DNA of 64,000 bases from Minisyncoccota bacterium (GCA_021734995.1 JAIPHX010000003.1:11969-75968), one strand, 5' to 3'. Counted from the stretch's first letter, positions 9,122 through 18,387 are shown. Notes: generated from the sequence alone by a model not told the origin. Numbers and translations: made by a program.

Positions 9122-10387
9122 TTATTCAATTACTACACGCTTATTGATGAGTATCAATTTACTCGTAAACGATTGCATCAAATCTCTCTTTTCTTGAAGA
9201 GTTCCTTCTTTAAGAAGATATTTCATATAGTTTCTAACATCTAGTTTTGTCTTTGCTATTTTTTCGTCATTGGTTAGGTCTAATACTTTATTTCTAAACT
9301 CACTATATCTTTCAATTTCTTTTTCAAGTTTTTCTTTTATTCCAACATTATTTATATCTATCCGGTCAATGATTTCAAGTAGTTGGGAAATTAATTCTTC
9401 TTCGCGAATGTAAGTATTTTTACATTGTTTATCATTAAATTTAGTACAACCATAATAAATATATTTTGCTACACTTCCATTCGCTAGATTTTTATGTTTT
9501 TCATCAGCGGTAACTCCCGATTTACACATCCCACATTTTATTAGCCTAGTGAAAGCAAATTCTTTTTCAATTTTTTTGTCATTCTTTTTGGTGTCCAATC
9601 TTTCTTGAACCCTTTGAAATATTTCCTTACTAACTATTGGATCATGTCTTCCTAAGTACCATTTACCTGATTGTCTAGGATATTCAATCATTCCCATGTA
9701 AAAATTATTTCTTAGAATAACTTGGATATTACTAAGAGTTAAAGGTTTTCCGTTTCTAGTTGTAAATTTTACATCTTCTTTTGCCCATTTATATAATTTT
9801 CTTATACTTAAATTTTCATTTAAAGCTTTTTCAAATAATAAACGTACCACATGAGATCTTAATGGGTCTGGTATCACATGACATTTCATAGTCCTATCTG
9901 GATGATTAAGATATCCAGTAGGGGCGACGCTTGGCCAGAGCCCACTCTCTACTCTTGTTCTTAATCCTCGTTTTACATTTATACTTTTATTATCATTTTC
10001 TAATTTTGCTTGTGATCCAAGAATCATTAATAAAAATTTTTCATTTGGGTTGTTTGTGAATCGCTGACTATAAGTTCTGATTTCAATTAATTTCTTTTGA
10101 TCTAGTAAATCAACTATTGCTCCAAGGTCCCCAGCATTTCTGGCGAGACGATCTGGATGCCACACTAGAATTGCATTAAATTTCCCAATACGAATATCAT
10201 TTAGAAGTTGATTGTATACAGGTCTTTGTCCACAATCTTTTGCTGAGTGTGATTCTTTATATATTTCAACAATATTTAAGTTTTCTCTCTGAGATAAGGT
10301 GAGCATCTCCTTTATCTGAGAATCTATAGATAAAGCTTGTTTTTCCTCTGCCTCGCTCGATTTGCGGGCATATAAGCAGTATTTCAT
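9122..10387 (-). CDS. Large serine recombinase (resolvase + recombinase + Zn-ribbon)
   Basis: YARKSS catalytic motif, DRLARN, APTGY, H.PIVS, CGMC...YYGC..C; likely start MKYCLY at 10387. Confidence 0.93.
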   Translation of the reverse strand: MKYCLYARKSSEAEEKQALSIDSQIKEMLTLSQRENLNIVEIYKESHSAKDCGQRPVYNQLLNDIRIGKFNAILVWHPDRLARNAGDLGAIVDLLDQKKLIEIRTYSQRFTNNPNEKFLLMILGSQAKLENDNKSINVKRGLRTRVESGLWPSVAPTGYLNHPDRTMKCHVIPDPLRSHVVRLLFEKALNENLSIRKLYKWAKEDVKFTTRNGKPLTLSNIQVILRNNFYMGMIEYPRQSGKWYLGRHDPIVSKEIFQRVQERLDTKKNDKKIEKEFAFTRLIKCGMCKSGVTADEKHKNLANGSVAKYIYYGCTKFNDKQCKNTYIREEELISQLLEIIDRIDINNVGIKEKLEKEIERYSEFRNKVLDLTNDEKIAKTKLDVRNYMKYLLKEGTLQEKRDLMQSFTSKLILINKRVVIE

Positions 10388-10546
10388 AGTAATGGCTTCT
10401 GTTAGCTTGGGATTTATTAGGATGTTTGTCGCATATGTTTCCATACACACAACATACCGCGAACGTTTATTAAGTCTAGTAAACACATCGAAATGGAGCA
10501 GAAATTTTATAAAGTCAAATATAAAGATGTGATATAATCAACTTAT

Positions 10547-12160
10547 ATGAAAATCTCTAAAATTGAAGTTGAAAATTTTAAATCTATTGAAAAATATGAT
10601 TTTGACTTAAAAGACATTAATATTTTTATTGGTAAAAATAATCACGGTAAAACAAATCTTTTTGATGCATTAGATTGGTTTGATTCTGGAAAAACAGAAC
10701 CTTCTAATTATAGAAACAATGATAGGGCTTTGCTAATAAAAGTGAGATTACATTTCGTCGGAGCTCAGGTAGCAGTTAATGCACTTGAGGATGGTGCATA
10801 TAAAACAGCAATGATAAATGCCCTAGAAGGAACAGATGAGTTTATTGTTGAAAAAGACAGCGAAAACGATAAAAGAGTTTTGATTGTTAACGGCACTACA
10901 AGACCAAATCCAAGAGGTTTTGATTCTGCTCTAAATTATTTTTTACCAAAAATAATTTATGTAACAACAAAACAGCGTTTGTCTGATATTGCTGGTTATA
11001 AATCAAAATCTCCAATCGCAGAAATGTTAGGAGATGTCCTGAAAGATATGGTTGATAATGAACCAAAATATAAGCAATTTCTCGAACTTTTTGATGATCT
11101 TTTTAATGAGAGTGATTCTGTGTTTAGACAATCAGTGAACAACCTACAAGACAGAGTAGAATTTTATCTCGCAAAACAATTTGATGAAGCAGCTGAGGTT
11201 AAATTTCGAATTGAGAATCCTGCTATCGAAGATATGCTTAAGAAATTTGAAACAGAGGTTGATGACGGAATTAAAACAAAAGCTGAACATAAGGGGGATG
11301 GAATGCAACGAGCAGTAATGCTTGCAATTGTTCAAGCATATGCGGATTTTCGAAAAGAAAAAGGTATCGCTAGAACATTTACTTTTCTTATTGATGAAGC
11401 TGAATTACACTTACACCCAACAGCTCAGAGAGCTTTAAAAAATGCCCTCCGTGAGATTGTGGAAAATGAAGGACAAGTACTTATAAATTCACATTCCCCA
11501 ATCTTTGCAAACGAGCTTTTTACAAATCAAAAGATTTATAAAGTAGAAAAGGAAACAGGAGTTTCTCAAGTTAATGAAATTATCACTGAGCAAGAGCAAT
11601 TAGACTCTATTTACCAACTTCTTGGAGGTAGTCCGCAAGACATTTTATTACCAAGTAATTTTATAATTGTTGAAGGACAATCTGAATTCCATCTATTAAA
11701 AAAGCTCATTGAAAAACTATATTTTGATAACAAAAAATGTTCAGCCATTAAAATACTTTTCGCTCGGGGTGATCATGAAAAACATAAAGATATTTATCAT
11801 TGCATTCATCAATGTTATACTCCATTACTTACAAACGGTATTTATAAAAATAAGGTAGTATTTCTCATGGATAGTACAGATCCATCAAAACAAGCCTCTT
11901 TTGATACCTTCAAGGCAACACATAGTTGGCTTATTGAAGGAGAACAACTACATGTTCTAACTGTTCCAGCTATTGAAATGATTTACCCTGATTCATTTAA
12001 AAAAACAAAACTAGAAGTTGATAAAATGACCAATCCAAAAGAAAAAATAAATATTGCTTTAGGTGTAGCAAATTCAATCAACACCAAACAAGAGCTTCAA
12101 GATAAAATGCCAGCAATTTTTAACATGTTAGAGAAAGCAATAGAATTTGCTTATGAATAA
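10547..12160 (+). CDS. OLD-family ATP-dependent endonuclease (ABC ATPase + TOPRIM)
   Basis: ENFKSI, GKNNHGKT, KGDGMQR signature, IDEAELHLHP, SHSP, IIVEGQSE. Confidence 0.88.
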   Translation: MKISKIEVENFKSIEKYDFDLKDINIFIGKNNHGKTNLFDALDWFDSGKTEPSNYRNNDRALLIKVRLHFVGAQVAVNALEDGAYKTAMINALEGTDEFIVEKDSENDKRVLIVNGTTRPNPRGFDSALNYFLPKIIYVTTKQRLSDIAGYKSKSPIAEMLGDVLKDMVDNEPKYKQFLELFDDLFNESDSVFRQSVNNLQDRVEFYLAKQFDEAAEVKFRIENPAIEDMLKKFETEVDDGIKTKAEHKGDGMQRAVMLAIVQAYADFRKEKGIARTFTFLIDEAELHLHPTAQRALKNALREIVENEGQVLINSHSPIFANELFTNQKIYKVEKETGVSQVNEIITEQEQLDSIYQLLGGSPQDILLPSNFIIVEGQSEFHLLKKLIEKLYFDNKKCSAIKILFARGDHEKHKDIYHCIHQCYTPLLTNGIYKNKVVFLMDSTDPSKQASFDTFKATHSWLIEGEQLHVLTVPAIEMIYPDSFKKTKLEVDKMTNPKEKINIALGVANSINTKQELQDKMPAIFNMLEKAIEFAYE

Positions 12161-12202
12161 TTAATACTAGCTTATTTCCTACTTTTTATATATATTTATG
12201 TT

Positions 12203-13006
12203 ATGAATGTACTTACATTTTTACCCAAAAAAGATATAGAGAAATTTATAGATAAAGATGCTTACCTTGTTATTGAATATTTATTAAGGAAAGTAGCCTT
12301 TTCTCAACCAGAGGTAAGGAATAAATCTGAACTTTCTGGTATCCAAATAACAAAAGAGTTTTTGGAGGATTGGATAGCTCAAGCATGTAATTTAACAAAA
12401 GTAGGAGCTGGTAATTATCCTATTGATGTATATAGTCAAAATAAGTATGGAATAGATGTTAAATTTTTGACAGCAAAAATAAATAAGAGTGGTGATTATA
12501 CAAATAGCTATTCAAATGAAACTTCACTTAGCCAAAACTTTAAAATTGCCGGATTAGATTTAGATCAAATGTTTGCCAGTAAGAGATACGAAAATATATT
12601 ATCAGCTTGGATAAAAATTCTTGAAACTAAAATAAACATACCTATCAAAGATTTTAAACTGAAAAAAATTTATTATTTTATTTTTATTAGAGCTGGAAAT
12701 AAAGTTTCCTTAGCAATAGCTGATGTTAACAATAAAGAAATAAAAAAACTTACTACAAATAGATCAACAGATTCTTCTGTTTTTGTTCAGAATTTCATTG
12801 AAGATAAATATGGTAATGTAAAAATATATAAAAGTAAAAAAAGAATGGAACTTAGAGTTTTTCCTAAAAAATTAGAAGAGGATAAAAAAATGATCTCTTG
12901 GAATTTTAAAGATTTATATCCAGATATAATTTCACTTAGAGACGTAATTAAACATGAAGAGATAAAAGAGCACACTAAAAAACAGTTCAAAAAATTCTTT
13001 TCTTAG
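12203..13006 (+). CDS. Putative type II restriction endonuclease
   Basis: PD-(D/E)xK-like PID...IDVK; convergent with and abutting the C5 methyltransferase. Confidence 0.7.
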   Translation: MNVLTFLPKKDIEKFIDKDAYLVIEYLLRKVAFSQPEVRNKSELSGIQITKEFLEDWIAQACNLTKVGAGNYPIDVYSQNKYGIDVKFLTAKINKSGDYTNSYSNETSLSQNFKIAGLDLDQMFASKRYENILSAWIKILETKINIPIKDFKLKKIYYFIFIRAGNKVSLAIADVNNKEIKKLTTNRSTDSSVFVQNFIEDKYGNVKIYKSKKRMELRVFPKKLEEDKKMISWNFKDLYPDIISLRDVIKHEEIKEHTKKQFKKFFS

Positions 13007-13007
13007 A

Positions 13008-14585
13008 TTACTCCATCGCTTTCATCATCTGTTTAGCAACAGCTTCAACAACCGGAACACTAACTGAGTTCCCAAATTGTTTATAAAGTGCTGAATCTGC
13101 TAGATTTGGTAATTTAAAGTTATCAGGAAATCCTTGAATTCTAGCACATTCTCTTGGTGTTAATTTTCTTATCCCTTTTTTATCTTTTATTATCGGCACA
13201 TTGTGTCCACCCATACCCATATTAGCTGTTAGTGTGGGGCAAACACCGCTTTTATTTTCCCTGACATATTGTCTTCTCCATTGATATACCTTTCCTACTT
13301 CTTTTACGTCTTTTTTAAGTTTTTCAAAAAGAGGTTTACCATTATAGTAATATTTCTCAGGAACATTTTTCTCCAATAAATCCGTAATCTTTTTTGTTAA
13401 TTTAACTGGTTGTGGAAATTCAAATTTATCATAATAATCTTTGTTTTTAAACCCGACTATATAGATACGTTCACGATTCTGGGGGACATTACCATACTCC
13501 ATGGTATTTAATACTTTTGCTTTAACATGATAACCCAAGTCGTGTAAGGTTTCTTCGATTACTTTGAAAGTATTGCCTCCATCATGACTTTTTAAATTTT
13601 TTACATTCTCAAGCATAAAACCTTCTGGATTTTTTGCCCTAATAATTTTTGCTATATCAAAGAATAGATTTCCTCTATTTTTTGGATCATCAAATCCTTT
13701 GCGATATCCTGCAATTGAAAATGCCTGACAAGGGAAACCTCCCAAAATGAAATCAAATTCAGGTAAGTCATCAATTCCTAGTTTTCTTATATCTTCAACT
13801 ACAAGTTTTGAGTCTTTGAAGTTAATATCATATGTTTGTTTACATGGAGCATCAAAATCATTTGCAAAGACTGTTTTAAATCCTGCATTTTCAAACCCCA
13901 TTCTTATTCCTCCTATACCAGCAAATAAATCTATTGTTTTAAATCCATGCTTAGTTTTCTTTTGAGACTTCTTCTCTTCTTCCTGTTTTGGGCTACTGAT
14001 TATTTGAACAACCACACCTCTAACCTCAACTTCTTTTCTGTAAAAAGGAAGCATCGATTGATTTCTAGGTTCTAGTCTAAATTTGTTTTTTTCTCTGTAT
14101 AATTTTTTTAATGTTGCTTCATTATCATCAATAATAGCAACAACCGTTTGTCCATTTTCAGCTACTGACTGTTTTTTAATCACCACGATGTCTCCATCAA
14201 ATATTCCTTCTTCAGTCATACTGTCTCCTTGAACCCTGAGAGCATAGTATTCTTTTGGGTTCTTAATACTAGAATTTATTATTGAAATAGTCTCTGTTCT
14301 ATCCTCAATAGCTTCTATTGGCTGTCCAGCGGCGATACTTCCCATTACTGGTATTTCTAAAACTTTAAATGTTTCGATTTTGGGTTCTATACTTCTAGAT
14401 AAATTCTCTGATTTACTTATGTATCCTTTTTCTTTTAATGCGTTTACATGTTCGTGAACAGTAGAGATAGCCTTGAGTTTGAATTTCTTACGTATCTCAT
14501 CATTCGTGGGGGATATGCCATTTTCGGCTATGTATGAGTTAATAAAATCCAATATTAGTTTTTGTTTTTTTGTTAATGATTGCAT
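13008..14585 (-). CDS. LexA repressor fused to DNA (cytosine-5) methyltransferase
   Basis: N-terminal ~200 aa is LexA (LTKKQ..IL wHTH, IAAG cleavage site, GDSM Ser, ATLKK Lys); C-terminal part has DLFAGIGG, GFPCQ, ENV, QNRERIY, YKQFGNSV. Confidence 0.93.
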   Translation of the reverse strand: MQSLTKKQKLILDFINSYIAENGISPTNDEIRKKFKLKAISTVHEHVNALKEKGYISKSENLSRSIEPKIETFKVLEIPVMGSIAAGQPIEAIEDRTETISIINSSIKNPKEYYALRVQGDSMTEEGIFDGDIVVIKKQSVAENGQTVVAIIDDNEATLKKLYREKNKFRLEPRNQSMLPFYRKEVEVRGVVVQIISSPKQEEEKKSQKKTKHGFKTIDLFAGIGGIRMGFENAGFKTVFANDFDAPCKQTYDINFKDSKLVVEDIRKLGIDDLPEFDFILGGFPCQAFSIAGYRKGFDDPKNRGNLFFDIAKIIRAKNPEGFMLENVKNLKSHDGGNTFKVIEETLHDLGYHVKAKVLNTMEYGNVPQNRERIYIVGFKNKDYYDKFEFPQPVKLTKKITDLLEKNVPEKYYYNGKPLFEKLKKDVKEVGKVYQWRRQYVRENKSGVCPTLTANMGMGGHNVPIIKDKKGIRKLTPRECARIQGFPDNFKLPNLADSALYKQFGNSVSVPVVEAVAKQMMKAME

Positions 14586-14618
14586 ATTGATTAAATTATT
14601 TGATTGCGCTACAATTCT

Positions 14619-14647
14619 ATTATAACCGAATATATACCGAAAGTCTA
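14619..14647 (-). promoter_or_regulatory. Sigma70 promoter of lexA-MTase with TTCGG-N6-TTCGG direct repeat in the spacer (candidate LexA operator)
   Basis: Minus strand reads TAGACT-ttcggtatatattcggt(17)-TATAAT. Confidence 0.7.
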
Positions 14648-14671
14648 GGCAATATAGGTATAAATAATTAA

Positions 14672-16180
14672 ATGGCTAAACCTAAAATAACAAGAACATA
14701 TGGACCAATACACTTCGAAGATTTAGACCCGAAGCGCTTTGAGGATTTAGCTAGAGAATTAATATATGACTTTAAAGATTGGCAGACAATAGAAGCAACT
14801 GGTAGAGGTGGTAATGATGGGGGTTTTGATGTTAGGGCGTATGAAAAAACTTCTGACATTTCTAATGAAGAAGATAGCGAAGAAAATGAAGAAAAAGTTG
14901 CCCATCCCATGGATGGTAATTTATGGATGATTCAGGGAAAAAGAGAGAAGGAAATTGGTCCTAAAAGAATAAAAGAGATACTAAAAGATGTAGATTCAAA
15001 AAATCCCCCATATGGATATATGTTAGTCGCCTCGGCAAATTTTTCTAAAGATTCTTACGATTCTTTTAGAAAAGAATTAAAAAAGAAAGGAGTAATGGAA
15101 TTTTATCTCTGGGGTAAAGCGGAGTTAGAAGATATGTTACATCTTCCAAAAAATGATCGCATACTATTTACCTTCTTTGGTATTTCGTTGGTAAGCAGAA
15201 GACGGTCTAAATCTGCTGAAGTTAGATCTAAGTTAGTTATTAAGAATAAAATTTATAAAACTCTTGGTGGTAGTTGGGAGTCTTTAAATGACACCTCTGT
15301 TTTAGTCAGAGATATAGATGATATCCATTATCCGTATAAAAATAAATATAAAGATTTTGATAAAAAGCCAAAATGGAAAGAGTATTTTGCTTATGACTAT
15401 CATCCCTTAGGTGTATGGTTCCATACACGCAAATACTACGCTTACGTTGATTTGGCAAAAAAAGAATGGGACTACACTTCTGAAGTAGATTTATTATATC
15501 GACAGGTAAAAAGTGAGAAAGAAAAGGAATTAGAACTTAATAAACGCAATGAAATAAAAACTATATGGGAATTTTTCCCTAATTCTCACAAAGGATATTT
15601 TAACCTAGATGGATTAATAGATTTTGAAAACATACTTTTAGTTGATGATAAGGGAGATAGTTTACACACATTCCCTCACTTCTACGCTGAATATAAAGAT
15701 AAATCTGGACCTTTTGTTGGAGGTTGGGAAAGTTTTACTTTTGAAAACAAAGAGAGAAATATTACTTTAACAAAAGATTGGAAAAGAATAGAGATGTTTC
15801 CAAAAAAGATAAAGAAAATTCCCAATGGTAAAATCCATACAAAGAAAAAAATTATCTTCGATGAAGTTACATTAAAAAATCTAAAGGATTACGACCAAAA
15901 CCTTTTTGCCTTATATGACACAGATGATAAATATAAATTTTTGAATCAAAGAGATATAATCTCGGTGGAAGGTGCAGGAGATGAAGAATATAGTAAAACT
16001 TTTTTACAAATAACTCATAAGTTTAAAGTTAAGGTTAAAGATTATTTAGATCAAAGTAGATTTGGTTGGTTACATAATAGAATAAAAGAACAGCTTGGAA
16101 GGGACTTTGATGAAAACGAAGAAATAAATGTTTATGAATTCAAGAGGGTCTACAAGCGAGAATTTGATGTAAGTGGATAA
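14672..16180 (+). CDS. Mrr-like restriction endonuclease domain protein with uncharacterised C-terminus
   Basis: FEDL..EL, GRGGNDGGFDV, WMIQGKR (D..QxK) motifs. Confidence 0.75.
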   Translation: MAKPKITRTYGPIHFEDLDPKRFEDLARELIYDFKDWQTIEATGRGGNDGGFDVRAYEKTSDISNEEDSEENEEKVAHPMDGNLWMIQGKREKEIGPKRIKEILKDVDSKNPPYGYMLVASANFSKDSYDSFRKELKKKGVMEFYLWGKAELEDMLHLPKNDRILFTFFGISLVSRRRSKSAEVRSKLVIKNKIYKTLGGSWESLNDTSVLVRDIDDIHYPYKNKYKDFDKKPKWKEYFAYDYHPLGVWFHTRKYYAYVDLAKKEWDYTSEVDLLYRQVKSEKEKELELNKRNEIKTIWEFFPNSHKGYFNLDGLIDFENILLVDDKGDSLHTFPHFYAEYKDKSGPFVGGWESFTFENKERNITLTKDWKRIEMFPKKIKKIPNGKIHTKKKIIFDEVTLKNLKDYDQNLFALYDTDDKYKFLNQRDIISVEGAGDEEYSKTFLQITHKFKVKVKDYLDQSRFGWLHNRIKEQLGRDFDENEEINVYEFKRVYKREFDVSG

Positions 16181-16249
16181 CTTAACTACACAATAATTTA
16201 AATTCAAGCTAAGCTTTTAATACCTCTAAAAATGAGGTATAATTTTAGT

Positions 16250-16440
16250 ACAAGTGAATATGAGTAGCCTAAACCATTGAGAAATTGGTGGCATGGTGAA
16301 TAAGTCGCGTTCAACATAAAAACCCTATCATTAGGGCGTTGAACGCGCTGTATGAGGAAACTCATATATGAGACTTCGGTCTCTACCTAGTGGTAGGATT
16401 TTTGCGTCTTATCATAGGATTTATTACTAAAACGCAAAAA
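16250..16440 (+). ncRNA. Candidate structured RNA / 5' leader
   Basis: Five or more hairpins including cgcgttcaac/gttgaacgcg, GAAA and UUCG tetraloops; TATAAT at 16238-16243. Confidence 0.55.
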
Positions 16441-16448
16441 TAATTTTT

Positions 16449-16919
16449 ATGGAAGAAAAATCAAAGAAAAAGTTTTATAAGAAGTGGTGGTTCTGGGTTA
16501 TTGTTGTAATTGTAGTATTAGCAATTGCTGGTTCATCATCTGATAATAATCAGCCAGTTTCAGTTAAGACTCCAGCGCAAAGTCAATCTGAACAAAAAGT
16601 TGAAGCAATTAAATTGAGTCCGGAAACTTTAAGACAAGCATACAAAGCAAATGAAGTTAATGGTGATAATTTGTACAAAGGAAAACTTGTAGAAATTTCT
16701 GGGACTGTAGACACTATTGGAAAGGATGTAATGAAAGAAGCATATATTACTTTTGAAACACCTGAATCTGTTTCTTTTGATAAGGTTCAATGCATGTTTA
16801 ACCAAACAGAAGAAGCTGGACTAGCTCAGTTAAAGAAAGGGCAAGCTATAAAAGTACAAGGAACAGTATCTGGAGCAACTATAGGAAGTGTAATAGTAAG
16901 AAACTGTAAAATTCAGTAA
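16449..16919 (+). CDS. Membrane-anchored OB-fold protein (tRNA_anti-like family)
   Basis: KKFYKKWWFW + TM anchor; Y.ANEV.GD..YKGK.VEISG.V, LKKGQ.I.V.G. Confidence 0.8.
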   Translation: MEEKSKKKFYKKWWFWVIVVIVVLAIAGSSSDNNQPVSVKTPAQSQSEQKVEAIKLSPETLRQAYKANEVNGDNLYKGKLVEISGTVDTIGKDVMKEAYITFETPESVSFDKVQCMFNQTEEAGLAQLKKGQAIKVQGTVSGATIGSVIVRNCKIQ

Positions 16920-16947
16920 AAATAGTTATTACATAAACATAGCCGAT

Positions 16948-16992
16948 AAATATTAAAAGCAATAAGTGGATAACTTATTGCTTTTAATATTT
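16948..16992. terminator. 20-bp perfect inverted repeat
   Basis: aaatattaaaagcaataagt-ggata-acttattgcttttaatattt just after the OB-fold gene. Confidence 0.6.
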
Positions 16993-17161
16993 TAGATTAT
17001 GAGTTACAATATAAATATATAAGTATGCTTTTTGTTTAAGCGGAGAGCAAACCCTTAAAAGAACTGATTCTAATTTTTAAAGAAGAAGTTTAACCCTAAC
17101 ACTAATCTGGTTCGGGTTTTTTATTTTTAGTCGATTATTATAACTTAATAAATAAAATTTT

Positions 17162-17590
17162 ATGGAAGAAGAAAACAATAAAATAAATAATCAGACAAAG
17201 GATTCATCAGCAATTAGAAAAATATTAATGAGTCGAATGGATAAAAAATACGAAGTATTAGAATATCAAAAAAATCAACAGTCTCGAACTTTTAAAAAGA
17301 AATTGGAGTTTGTTGCTAATCTCCAAAGAACTCATGGAAATATATCTGCTGCTTGTGAACTAAGTGGAATTAAAAGCAGAAAGACAGCTTATAATTGGTT
17401 AGAAAAGGATCCAGAATTGAGATCTATAGTAGATGAATTGATTACAATACAAAATGACGAAATGAATGATGTGGTTTTACACTTAGCGCTTGTAAAACAC
17501 GATGGTCCAACTATAAGACACTATTTAGATCATAATCATCCAGATTATATGAAGCCTAAAAGAATCACAAGGCCCCCATATAATCATTAG
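17162..17590 (+). CDS. HTH protein (phBC6A51/terminase small subunit-like)
   Basis: GNISAACELSGIKSRKTAYNWLEKDPE HTH followed by helical region. Confidence 0.6.
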   Translation: MEEENNKINNQTKDSSAIRKILMSRMDKKYEVLEYQKNQQSRTFKKKLEFVANLQRTHGNISAACELSGIKSRKTAYNWLEKDPELRSIVDELITIQNDEMNDVVLHLALVKHDGPTIRHYLDHNHPDYMKPKRITRPPYNH

Positions 17591-17648
17591 GGCCAGTGTG
17601 TAATTTTGTTCGCTAATAGCCTGCAAAGTGTGTAAAAATGTATAATTT

Positions 17649-17689
17649 GTACAGAAAATAACCCGACCTAGACGGGTTATTTTCTGTAC
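17649..17689. terminator. 17-bp perfect inverted repeat
   Basis: gtacagaaaataacccg-acctaga-cgggttattttctgtac. Confidence 0.65.
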
Positions 17690-17714
17690 CCTATAAATGC
17701 TACAATACCCTTAC

Positions 17715-17729
17715 ACACCCGTCTTGGTC
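17715..17729 (-). repeat. Right inverted repeat (candidate attR arm) acacccgtcttggtc
   Basis: Reverse complement matches 6355-6369 at 14/15; overlaps ggtctggt/accagacc palindrome. Confidence 0.6.
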
Positions 17730-17819
17730 TGGTACTAGACCAGACCTTGCAGCCATGTTGTGTGTAGCCCGAGATACGTCACATTCTGATATTTTTATCA
17801 TATTATATATAATATAATC

Positions 17820-18350
17820 ATGGAAGAAAAAACAATTAATGCATTAAGATGGATAATTTCAATTTTAAATAAACATAATATTCCATATGGAATAGGAGGA
17901 GGTTTTGCTGCTCACATGTACGGTTCAAATCGTAAAGTAAATGATATAGATTTTTCTTTATCTGGAAAATATTTCCCTATTATTGTTTCAGAAACTAAAG
18001 ATTATATCACCTCTGGTCCTAAACATTATTCAAATGCTAAATGGGATTGTGATACACTCTCACTTAAATATAATGATCAGGAAATAGATATTACTGATAT
18101 CGACACCTTAAGGATGAGCAATAAAGAACAAGATAAATGGTTTAAAACAAAAGATTATTTTCGTAAATATGAAACGGTGCCTATTGAGTTTCAAGGAATG
18201 ATAATTCAATTTATTGACCCTCGTGATTTGGTTGCTTATAAAAAAGAACTGGCTGATCAAAACCATTTATATCAAGCTTCTGATGTTGAAGCAGTAGAAA
18301 AATATATTAAAGCAAAAATCATTCCAGAAAATTTACTTATGTTACAGTAG
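17820..18350 (+). CDS. Nucleotidyltransferase-fold protein
   Basis: GGGFA...YG..R...DIDF and later IDI (pol-beta superfamily). Confidence 0.75.
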   Translation: MEEKTINALRWIISILNKHNIPYGIGGGFAAHMYGSNRKVNDIDFSLSGKYFPIIVSETKDYITSGPKHYSNAKWDCDTLSLKYNDQEIDITDIDTLRMSNKEQDKWFKTKDYFRKYETVPIEFQGMIIQFIDPRDLVAYKKELADQNHLYQASDVEAVEKYIKAKIIPENLLMLQ

Positions 18351-18387
18351 TTGGAGGGCATGTTCTTGTTATAATTTAAAAGATTAT

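Larger units (their letters stand above)
6345..17745. mobile_element. Serine-recombinase genomic/defence island next to tRNA-Gln
   Basis: Begins just 3' of the tRNA; contains a large serine recombinase and defence genes; 15-bp inverted repeat at 6355-6369 and 17715-17729. Confidence 0.7.

Noticed and set aside
6402-12160. Gabija system (OLD nuclease + helicase)
   Set aside because: The helicase is a 903-aa RecD-like protein, not a UvrD-type GajB, and lies upstream, separated by the oppositely oriented recombinase
17742-17756. Duplicate of tRNA-Gln 3' end as attR
   Set aside because: Only a short gcagc match; too weak for a direct repeat
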